Part shown: positions 16,746 to 25,029 of the stretch, in pieces
Layout: each line of letters opens with the position of its first letter
Position numbering within the stretch: position 1 is the stretch's first letter
Origin: Trueperaceae bacterium
Lineage (GTDB): Bacteria > Deinococcota > Deinococci > Deinococcales > Trueperaceae
Direction of reading: 5' to 3'
NCBI GenBank assembly: GCA_040905465.1
Contig: JBBDRK010000066.1
Location: forward strand, 19,836 to 58,608
Length of the DNA: 38,773 bases
Notes under the pieces: generated by a model
What the model was told of the DNA's origin: nothing
Seen by the model: only the letters and a program-made list of their open reading frames with translations
Databases searched by the model: none
Made by a program: the position numbers and the translations under genes

Positions 16746-19387
16746 CGCTCGACTTTGGCCGGCCTCGAGGTTCGCGCCAACGCCTTGGTGCGGTGCCTCA
16801 GTTTGTCCCTGTACATCCGTTGATCGCTGAGGCGCATCAGTTCGGCCGGAGAGGCCGCGTCGTCGGGGAGTAGCGCGATGCCGGCACTGGTATTGACGCG
16901 AGGAAATCCGTCGCAGCGTACCCTCTCCACCGCGTCGGCGACCCTGGCCAACAACGCGGCAGAGTCGGCGGGCTCGACATGCAGCAGGATCGCCGCGAAC
17001 TCATCGCCGCCGATGCGATAGACCCTGCCCCTCTCCCGCAACTCCGCCTCGACCGCGGCGGCGAAGCGGGTGAGCAGCACGTCGCCGCGTTCGTGCCCTT
17101 CCGTGTCGTTGATCGTCTTGAGCGCATCGAGGTCGAGTGTCAGCACGGCCAGCGAATCGTCGTGACGCCGTGCTCGCACCACCTCCACCGCCAGGTCCTG
17201 CTCGAACGCTCGGCGATTCGCCAGCCCGGTGAGCGGGTCGGAGTAGGCCATCGCATGAAGGCGTCTGGCCGACAGCTCAGCCTCGCGCCGGGCCCGCTCG
17301 AGCTCCTTGGTCCGGTCAGCCAGGATCTCGTCGAAGCGCCGCCCCAGGCCGGCGGGTGAAAGCTCGCCACTCCGGGCGTCTCGCCGGTCGACCAGGCGAG
17401 AGGATTCGCCGGCGTAAGCCTCCGGCACGAGGAACAGCGCCTCAGTCCCGGAAAAAGCCTCGAGACAGGCCGCCACCACCGTTGGATCGAACTGGTGTCC
17501 GCTGTTGCGCGCTATCTCTGCGAGCGCCTCGCCGGGTGACCACGCTCGCTTGTACGGCCTCTCGTGGGTGAGGGCGTCGAGAACGTCCGCCGTGGCCACG
17601 ATTCGCGCCGAGAGCGGTATTTCCTCACCCTCCAACCCCAGCGGGTATCCCTTTCCGTCCCAGCGCTCGTGGTGGGCCAGGGCGATCTCCTGTGCAAGCC
17701 TCAGGACGCCTGACTTGGCGCCCTCCAGGATCCGGGCCCCGATGACGGTGTGCGAGCAGATAGTCTCGAACTCCGAGATGCTCAGCTTCTCCGGTTTCAT
17801 CAGGACCGAGTCGGGAATCCCGATCTTGCCGAGGTCGTGGAGTCGAGCCGCGGAGGAGAGAAGCTGCACCTCGTCCTCGGGCCAACCGAGAGTGCGTGCA
17901 ATCGCCGCCGTGTAGCGGGCTACCCGCCAGGTATGCTCGCCGGTCTCGTCGTCGCGGTACTCGGCCGCGACCGCCAGCCGCGTCACGATCTCCCGTTGAG
18001 CCTCCTCCAGCTCGAGGGTCTGGGCGCGCACTCGCCCTTCGGCCTCCTCACGGGCTTGCTGCACCACCTCGAGCTGGTAAGCTTCGACCTCGTGCCTGGC
18101 GCGCTCGAGCTCGAACTGCATGGCGAGCCGGCCGGAACGTTGCTCGTTCTCCTGATTGAAGACCGCCTTCTCGACCCGATGGTACTCACGCTGGTGGTGC
18201 AGCGCCAGGCTCAGCTCTCCGCGCCGCTCGTATCCGACGGCCAGGAGCTCGTGAGCTTCGAACATGGACCGCTTCCGGTCGATGCGCCCGGCCAGCTCGA
18301 GACTGCGGTGCAGCAACTCAATCGCCTCCTCGGTGCGGTCGACGGCCAGGGACACGCGGCCGAGGTTCACCAGCGCGTCTATCTCCCCCTCCCTGTCCTC
18401 GATCTCCTGAGCCAGTTCCAGTGCCCGGCCGTACGAAGCAGTCGCCTGCTCGTGTTGCCCGAGCGCCGTGTGCACCTGGCCGATGCCGTCGAGGTTATCG
18501 ACCTCGTAATGACGTATCCCCAGGCGCCGGACCATGTCGAGCGCCTCTCCGAAGAGCTCCAGCGCCTCTGTCCAGCGCTCCAGTCGGCACGACAGGTTGG
18601 CCATCAGGTTGAGTGACGCCAGTTCGATCAGCGCGTCGTTCGCCTGGCGGCCGACCTCGCGCGCCTGCGTGAAATATCGCCTGACCGCCTCGTTGTCGCC
18701 GAGTTCGTAGTACAGCCGGCCGAGCCCAATGAGGTTGACCGCTTCGCTCTTGGTGCCCGGGGCGGCTTTCCGAATCAACTGGTAGGCAGACTGCAGGCAC
18801 TCCAGCGCCCGGGGGTGATCTCCCAGTTGGGTGTGCAGTCCGCCTATGTTGCTGAGTATGTTCGCCTGCCGCTCTTCGGCGCCCGCCCGTTGCGCCAGCG
18901 CCAGTCCGTTTTCGAGATGCTCCAGCGCTCCGATGTAGTCTCCGCGGGCACCGAGGACGGCCGCTTTCAGGTTCAGCGCGTCTGCCTCCGCCACGGACTC
19001 ACCGAGACTCCGTGCCAGCGCGAGAGCCTCGTCGCTGCGCTCTGCCGCCTGGTCGAGCAGGCCGAGCTCGCGTTCCACTCTCGCCAGGGCCAGGAGCGCT
19101 TCGACCGCGTCGCCCGGCTGGTCGGTAGCCACGAAGCCTTTGTGCGCCTCGGCTAGCGGCTCGAGCGCCTCCTTCAGGCGGCCGAGCCGGTACTCCTCGA
19201 CCCCTGCAAGCAGGAGTTCACCAGGGCTGGCGCCGCTGGGGCTGGTCTCACTGGGGCTGGTGCCACTGTGGCTGGTCTCACTGGGGCTACTTCCGCTGGT
19301 TCCACTGCCGCTGGTGCCACCATGGTCCTTGGCACTGGCTGCTGCGCGGCTGTCTGCGCCTGTCCGTCCGTGCGAGATCGCTTCCAT
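16733..19387 (-). CDS. Soluble TPR-HD-GYP-GGDEF c-di-GMP signalling protein
   Basis: About 400 aa of helical TPR-like repeats, a coiled coil, HD-GYP (EYRDDETGEH, HDLGKIG, HHERWDGKGYP, DVLDALTHERPYK), a coiled coil and GGDEF (DPLTGLANRR, DLDALKTIND, RIGGDEF). SD GAGGGGG. No obvious TM helix. Confidence 0.93.
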   Translation of the reverse strand: MEAISHGRTGADSRAAASAKDHGGTSGSGTSGSSPSETSHSGTSPSETSPSGASPGELLLAGVEEYRLGRLKEALEPLAEAHKGFVATDQPGDAVEALLALARVERELGLLDQAAERSDEALALARSLGESVAEADALNLKAAVLGARGDYIGALEHLENGLALAQRAGAEERQANILSNIGGLHTQLGDHPRALECLQSAYQLIRKAAPGTKSEAVNLIGLGRLYYELGDNEAVRRYFTQAREVGRQANDALIELASLNLMANLSCRLERWTEALELFGEALDMVRRLGIRHYEVDNLDGIGQVHTALGQHEQATASYGRALELAQEIEDREGEIDALVNLGRVSLAVDRTEEAIELLHRSLELAGRIDRKRSMFEAHELLAVGYERRGELSLALHHQREYHRVEKAVFNQENEQRSGRLAMQFELERARHEVEAYQLEVVQQAREEAEGRVRAQTLELEEAQREIVTRLAVAAEYRDDETGEHTWRVARYTAAIARTLGWPEDEVQLLSSAARLHDLGKIGIPDSVLMKPEKLSISEFETICSHTVIGARILEGAKSGVLRLAQEIALAHHERWDGKGYPLGLEGEEIPLSARIVATADVLDALTHERPYKRAWSPGEALAEIARNSGHQFDPTVVAACLEAFSGTEALFLVPEAYAGESSRLVDRRDARSGELSPAGLGRRFDEILADRTKELERARREAELSARRLHAMAYSDPLTGLANRRAFEQDLAVEVVRARRHDDSLAVLTLDLDALKTINDTEGHERGDVLLTRFAAAVEAELRERGRVYRIGGDEFAAILLHVEPADSAALLARVADAVERVRCDGFPRVNTSAGIALLPDDAASPAELMRLSDQRMYRDKLRHRTKALARTSRPAKVERQTS
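19221..19320 (-). repeat. Degenerate 15-nt tandem repeat encoding a Ser/Thr/Gly/Pro-rich N-terminal tail
   Basis: GTSGS-GTSGSSPS-ETSHS-GTSPS-ETSPS-GASPG. GGCTGGTCTCACTGGGGCT occurs twice, 30 nt apart. Confidence 0.75.
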
Positions 19388-19482
19388 GTCGCCCCCTCAG
19401 GGAAGCTGCATCTCGTCGTTACGAAGTACCCCCCAGGTACCGGTTCCGTTCAAGGCTCCAAGCGGCACTGTCATCAGCGTGG

Positions 19483-20949
19483 TCATTCGGACCCGTCCGT
19501 CGCCGCCCCGCTGACTCTCGCCATGAAGCTTTCGATGTTGATCCTGCCTTCGCCGAGCTGCCCTTGGTAATCCTCGTTCGAGTCACCCGAGTAGATGTCA
19601 TCGGAGGTGGCCATCAGGGTTCCCATCAAAGTCGATCGGGCCGTTCCGTGATCCTGACCGATCGCCAGGGCGAGCGCGCCCGAGGCGATCGCCGCGGACA
19701 TCGAGGTACCGCTCCAGGGTGCCTGAGACAGCGCCGGATACGGCCCGTAGATCGACACGCCGGGGGCCGCCAGTTCGACTTTCGTACGTGAGAAGTTGGC
19801 CGTGGCCGTCTTCTCGTTGTCCAGGCCGACACTGGTCAGCGAGAGCTTGTGGTCGGCGCCCAGCGCCACGTGCGCCATGCTGGCAGGATAGGTCACCATC
19901 CCGTCGTCGCTGTCGCCCGCGGAGGTGACCACCAGGACGCCTCGGGCGGTTGCGATGCGCAACGCTTCCAGGACGGCCTGCACCGGTTGGTGAGCGCCCA
20001 GGCTCAGGTTGATGACATCGGCTCCGTTGTCCACGGCCCAGTAGATCGCCTGCGCAAGGTCGGCGGCCTCGCCGACCCCATCGGGTCCGAGAACGCGCAG
20101 CGGCATGATGGTCGCCCGCGGGGCGATCTGCCGAACTATTCCGGCGACGTTGGTGCCGTGGCCGTAACCCCTGTTGTCCAGGTCGCCCGGCTCGTCATCG
20201 GGATAATCGTCGTTGGCGCGGAAGTCTTTCCATTCTTCCGTCGGGGACAACGCCTCGAAAAGGGCAGGATGTTTCAGGTCGACGCCTGTATCGATAATGG
20301 CGATCTTCACGCCGTAGCCCAGGTTGTCTGCCAGAACGTGCCCCTGCTGCAACCGGATCTGATGCCAGGCAGCGGTGTTCTCGGGCATCCACAGGAACTC
20401 GGCTTCTTCGCCGCCGCCCCACACAGTCGACAGGCCGCCACCCCACACCGTCGAGAGGCCGCCGCCCCACACGGTGGACATCCCGCCGCCCCACACCGTC
20501 GACATACCCCCGCCCCACACCGAGGACATGCCCTCCATTTCGACTGAGGCATCCGGACCCGCGAACACCTGCGCGTTGGGTTCCAACGAGTCGTCGGCAG
20601 CCAGTACCGAAAGACCAGCACGGTCCGCCGTCGCGTACTCCGAGTCGACTCCCAGGACCGCCACATCGCCGGGCTCCCAGAAGAGCAGCTCTCCACCGTA
20701 GCGTTCGGCCATCGCCTCGCCGGTATCGTCGGGACCGAGGCGCAAGGTGAGGAGGTACTCGGGGCCGGCGAGCCGGCCGGCGGGTGCCAACGACTCCTGG
20801 GGTTCCCGAACTCCGCTGCACGAGATAAGGAGGGTAAACGCTGCGGCCCCGGCAAGCGCCGTCGCGAAGCGCTGTGCCCGGGAGCGCGGCAATCGGAGAG
20901 CGTTCGGAGCGCGGCGGTCATGGAATAGTGCGGTAATGGGGAATATCAT
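19483..20949 (-). CDS. S8 subtilisin-family serine peptidase, predicted lipoprotein, with internal octapeptide repeats
   Basis: Triad IAIIDTG / GHGTNVAG / WSGTSMS, VINLSLG, and lipobox LISC (Cys codon 20820-20818). Start uncertain: ATG 20949 or ATG 20988. Confidence 0.9.
   Translation of the reverse strand: MIFPITALFHDRRAPNALRLPRSRAQRFATALAGAAAFTLLISCSGVREPQESLAPAGRLAGPEYLLTLRLGPDDTGEAMAERYGGELLFWEPGDVAVLGVDSEYATADRAGLSVLAADDSLEPNAQVFAGPDASVEMEGMSSVWGGGMSTVWGGGMSTVWGGGLSTVWGGGLSTVWGGGEEAEFLWMPENTAAWHQIRLQQGHVLADNLGYGVKIAIIDTGVDLKHPALFEALSPTEEWKDFRANDDYPDDEPGDLDNRGYGHGTNVAGIVRQIAPRATIMPLRVLGPDGVGEAADLAQAIYWAVDNGADVINLSLGAHQPVQAVLEALRIATARGVLVVTSAGDSDDGMVTYPASMAHVALGADHKLSLTSVGLDNEKTATANFSRTKVELAAPGVSIYGPYPALSQAPWSGTSMSAAIASGALALAIGQDHGTARSTLMGTLMATSDDIYSGDSNEDYQGQLGEGRINIESFMARVSGAATDGSE
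20410..20529 (-). repeat. Five in-frame 24-nt tandem repeats encoding (M/L)S(S/T)VWGGG
   Basis: MSSVWGGG-MSTVWGGG-MSTVWGGG-LSTVWGGG-LSTVWGGG. Units differ mostly at synonymous positions. Confidence 0.97.
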
Positions 20950-20993
20950 TGCGATACCATCTCGCGACGAGTTTAGGTCCGCGGTCATTACGG

Positions 20994-21015
20994 AATTCTT
21001 ACAAAATTCTTACAA
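20994..21015 (-). promoter_or_regulatory. Perfect 11-bp tandem direct repeat upstream of the S8 gene, candidate transcription-factor site
   Basis: AATTCTTACAA x2 (minus strand TGTAAG-N5-TGTAAG), an AT-rich island in GC-rich DNA. TAAACT -10-like hexamer at 20975-20970. Confidence 0.6.
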
Positions 21016-21046
21016 TCGCTCGTGGCCGACCTCGCCCCGATCCGAC

Positions 21047-21349
21047 TCAATCGTCCTCACCGCTCCCCCGCCACTCGGCCAGGAACAGGCCGAGCAGTTC
21101 GGGAGCGTCACGCAGCTGCTCACCTTGTCCCACGCGCAGCCTCACCTTGCGGGCAGGCCGCACGCCGCGCCGGGCAAGCATTCTGGCGAGCCACCTGGCG
21201 GCGTCGCCGAAGTCGCTGGCGGTAGAGATCGGAAAGCGCTCGCGGCTGCGAGCCCCGGCTTCGTCCTCGAGCACCAGCAGCGCCTCCACGGCGCCGGCAT
21301 TTCGGCTGAGGAACACCTGTTCGACGAAACGAGGCGTCACGCGCGGCAC
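21047..21349 (-). CDS. Small hypothetical protein
   Basis: Fills the gap between lysC and the S8 promoter on the same strand, with protein-like composition (VEQVFLSRNAGAVEALLVLE...). No recognised domain; start could be 21340. Confidence 0.55.
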   Translation of the reverse strand: MPRVTPRFVEQVFLSRNAGAVEALLVLEDEAGARSRERFPISTASDFGDAARWLARMLARRGVRPARKVRLRVGQGEQLRDAPELLGLFLAEWRGSGEDD

Positions 21350-21457
21350 GCCGGCAGACGCCTGCCGAGAGGCGGCGCCTCGGGTCGGTGCCGGCGGGAC
21401 CCTTCGTCGAGTACGGGCCGGCGGATCGCGGGCTGGCCGACGTCGGGAGGGGCCACG

Positions 21458-21946
21458 TCAGGCCGGTTGCTCGAGCCCGAAAGCTGCGTGGACGGCGGCC
21501 AGGGCTTCCTTGGCGCGCCCGGCCGGGATCACGACCGAGATACGCACCTCGCTGGTGGCGATCATCTCGATATTGGCACCGGCCGCCGCCACAGCGTCGA
21601 ACATCCTCCCGGCGATCCCGGGCGTCGAGCCGATGGCGATGCCCACTATGGACACCTTGGCGATGTCGGTGTCTGCACTGGCTTCGCCGCCGATCTCACC
21701 GAGGACCGGTGCGACCGCCTCCAGGGCATCCTGGACGAGATCACTCGGCACCGTGAAGGCCATCTGCTGCCTGCTGTCGCCCGCCCCGGGAACCCCCTGG
21801 ATGATCATGTCCACGCTCACCCCGGCCCGGCCCAGCGCTGAGAACAGGCGAGCCGCCGTCCCCGGCTCGTCACGCACGCCGCGAACGTTGATACGGGCAT
21901 GGCCGAGGTCCAAGGCGGCGCCGGTGACGGGACGATCTGTTCTCAT
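21458..21946 (-). CDS. Aspartate kinase beta subunit from an internal in-frame start
   Basis: Strong SD GAGGAGG (21958-21952) ahead of in-frame ATG 21946 (MRTDRPVTG), at the boundary of the ACT region. Gives 162 aa. Confidence 0.75.
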   Translation of the reverse strand: MRTDRPVTGAALDLGHARINVRGVRDEPGTAARLFSALGRAGVSVDMIIQGVPGAGDSRQQMAFTVPSDLVQDALEAVAPVLGEIGGEASADTDIAKVSIVGIAIGSTPGIAGRMFDAVAAAGANIEMIATSEVRISVVIPAGRAKEALAAVHAAFGLEQPA

Positions 21947-22735
21947 CGAGGCCTCCTCATGGCCGACCCGGCACACTATCGTGCCGGGGTTGAAGCTGAA
22001 AGACGAACGGACGTGGACGTGTACTCCATAGCGTCTGGCGTACCACACGCTGCGGGGGTGGAGCACCCTGGCGCCGAGCGCCGCGAGTTCCAGCATCTCG
22101 TCGTAGTCGATCCGCTCGAGCTTGCGCGCACCCGGTACCAGATGGGGATCGGTGGTGTACACGCCTTCGGTGTCGGTGTATATCTCGCACTCGCGCGCTC
22201 CCAGCGCCGCGGCGACGGCCACGGCGGTGGTGTCGGAACCGCCGCGGCCGAGGGTGGTTATCGCGTGACTTTCGTCCCGGCCCTGGAAACCGGCAATCAC
22301 AGCCACCTCGTGATCTGCAAAGCACGCGATCAACGCCGCCGGGTCGACCTCGAGGATTCGGGCACTGCCGAACTGCCCGTCGGTGAGGAAGCCGGCCTGA
22401 TCGCCGGTGAACGACCGGGCGGCCACCCCCGCCGCCTGCAGCGCCATCGTCAGCAGGGCCATCGACTGCTGCTCACCGGTGGCCAACAACACGTCCAACT
22501 CCCGTCTCGACGGCCGCGGCGCTGCTTCGCGGGCCATCGAGATCAGCCTGTCGGTAGTGCTCCCCATCGCCGAAACCGTGACGGCTACCTTGATCCCCGA
22601 CTCCACCGTGCGGGCGATGCGCGCCGCCACCTTGTGAATGCGGTCGAGATCGCCGACGCTGGTGCCGCCGAACTTCTGGACGACCACGTCGAATGGAAGT
22701 GGCGGGCTGGCCTTGGTGGGGACGACGGCGCACAT
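21458..22735 (-). CDS. lysC: Aspartate kinase alpha subunit (two ACT domains)
   Basis: VVQKFGGTSV, VSAMG, TTLGRGGSDTTAVA, YTDTEGVYTTDP and IEMIATSEVRIS. SD GGAGG before ATG 22735. Confidence 0.95.
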   Translation of the reverse strand: MCAVVPTKASPPLPFDVVVQKFGGTSVGDLDRIHKVAARIARTVESGIKVAVTVSAMGSTTDRLISMAREAAPRPSRRELDVLLATGEQQSMALLTMALQAAGVAARSFTGDQAGFLTDGQFGSARILEVDPAALIACFADHEVAVIAGFQGRDESHAITTLGRGGSDTTAVAVAAALGARECEIYTDTEGVYTTDPHLVPGARKLERIDYDEMLELAALGARVLHPRSVWYARRYGVHVHVRSSFSFNPGTIVCRVGHEEASMRTDRPVTGAALDLGHARINVRGVRDEPGTAARLFSALGRAGVSVDMIIQGVPGAGDSRQQMAFTVPSDLVQDALEAVAPVLGEIGGEASADTDIAKVSIVGIAIGSTPGIAGRMFDAVAAAGANIEMIATSEVRISVVIPAGRAKEALAAVHAAFGLEQPA

Positions 22736-22811
22736 AGCGCCTCCAAATATATCCATAGCTCGCTCCGGCATGCGACTGGAGCCCCTTGGCGACGCGTGGT
22801 AGAACGAACCG

Positions 22812-24194
22812 ATGAACGCGCACCACGACCCCCTGCGAGTTGCCGTCATCGGCGCCGGGCCGGCAGGGTTCTACACTGCGGAAGCACTTCTCAAGGCACG
22901 CGAGGACGTTTCGGTGGACATCATCGACCGCCTCCCTACCCCGTTCGGACTGGTCCGCTACGGCGTGGCGCCCGACCATCAGAAGATCAAGTCCGTAACC
23001 AGGATGTACGACCGCACCTGCCGCGATCCGCGCGTGCGCTTCCTCGGGAACGTCGAGTACGGCAAGGACATTAGCCACGACGAGATCCTTGCCCACTATC
23101 ACGCTGTGGTCTATGCGGTGGGGGCGCCGGCCGACCGCGACCTGGGAATCCCGGGCGAGGATCTGCCGGGCAGCATGTCGGCCACCGAATTCGTGGCCTG
23201 GTACAACGGCCATCCCGACTACCGGGAAGCTGCGCCGCTGCTCGACGTGAACACCGTCGCCGTTATCGGCATGGGCAACGTTGCAGTCGATGTGACGCGC
23301 GTCCTGGCCAAGTCGGTGTCCGAGCTACAGGCCACCGATATCGCCGACCACGCCCTGGGGCGGCTGAGATCGAGCGACGTTCGCGACGTGATGATGGTTG
23401 GGAGGCGCGGGCCCGCTCAGGGGAAATTCACCACCAAGGAGCTGCGCGAGCTCGGTGAGCTGGAGAACGCCGATATCGTCGTGGACCCGCATGAACTCGA
23501 GATCGACGAGGCCAGCCGGGCAAGCGTCGAAGGGGACGCGGTGGTAAAGCGCAACATCGACGTGCTGCAGGCGTTCGCGGCGAAAGCGAGCATGGGCAAG
23601 CCTCGGCGTGTCCACATCCGCTTCTGCCTCTCCCCCGTGGAGATCCTGGGGAACGACCGGGTCGAGGGGTTGCGGCTCGAACGGAACCGCCTCGTGCCCA
23701 GGGAAGACGGTTCGATAGCCGCCGTCGCCACCGGCGAGTACGAGACTTGGCCGGTGGGACTGGTGTTGCGGTCGGTAGGCTACCGGGGCACCGCGCTGCC
23801 GGGGGTGCCGTTCGACGAGCGACGGGCGACGATTCCCAACGACGAGGGTCGCGTCCTCGACCGTCCAGGCGGCCGGACAGCAGCGGGTGAGTATGTGGCC
23901 GGTTGGATCAAGCGCGGTCCCAGCGGCGTGATAGGCACCAACAAAGCCGACGCGATGGAGACGGTGACCGCGCTGCTGGCCGACCCGCTGCGCGAGCTGG
24001 CGCCGGAACCGGCGAAACCTCAGGCGGTAGACGCGCTCCTGGCGAGCCGGAACGTCGACGTTTTCGATTACCAGCGCTGGTGCGCGCTCGATCGCCTGGA
24101 AGTCGCCGCCGGCGAGTCGCAGGGGCGGCCGCGGGTGAAGCTGACCGAGGTATCGGAGATGCTGCTGCGGTGTCGGCCGGAAGTGGCGGAGTAG
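22812..24194 (+). CDS. FAD-dependent NADPH:ferredoxin oxidoreductase (FprA/adrenodoxin reductase-like)
   Basis: VAVIGAGPAGFY, PFGLVRYGVAPDH, FVAWYNGHP, IGMGNVAVD and GWIKRGPSGVIGTNK. Confidence 0.93.
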   Translation: MNAHHDPLRVAVIGAGPAGFYTAEALLKAREDVSVDIIDRLPTPFGLVRYGVAPDHQKIKSVTRMYDRTCRDPRVRFLGNVEYGKDISHDEILAHYHAVVYAVGAPADRDLGIPGEDLPGSMSATEFVAWYNGHPDYREAAPLLDVNTVAVIGMGNVAVDVTRVLAKSVSELQATDIADHALGRLRSSDVRDVMMVGRRGPAQGKFTTKELRELGELENADIVVDPHELEIDEASRASVEGDAVVKRNIDVLQAFAAKASMGKPRRVHIRFCLSPVEILGNDRVEGLRLERNRLVPREDGSIAAVATGEYETWPVGLVLRSVGYRGTALPGVPFDERRATIPNDEGRVLDRPGGRTAAGEYVAGWIKRGPSGVIGTNKADAMETVTALLADPLRELAPEPAKPQAVDALLASRNVDVFDYQRWCALDRLEVAAGESQGRPRVKLTEVSEMLLRCRPEVAE

Positions 24195-24249
24195 GCGCAA
24201 CCGGTAGCGGTCGCCTTGCTCGGGCGCTCACGTTAGCGAGACCCCCGGG

Positions 24250-25025
<776 letters not shown>

Positions 25026-25029
<4 letters not shown>

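Noticed and set aside
20410-20529. 24-nt repeats as a CRISPR array
   Set aside because: No unique spacers, in frame within a CDS, variation at synonymous sites and no cas genes.
16733-21015. S8-TPR locus as an anti-phage or toxin system, or a mobile island
   Set aside because: No ATPase, nuclease, gasdermin, integrase or flanking repeats; the protease has an export signal and the partner has c-di-GMP output domains.
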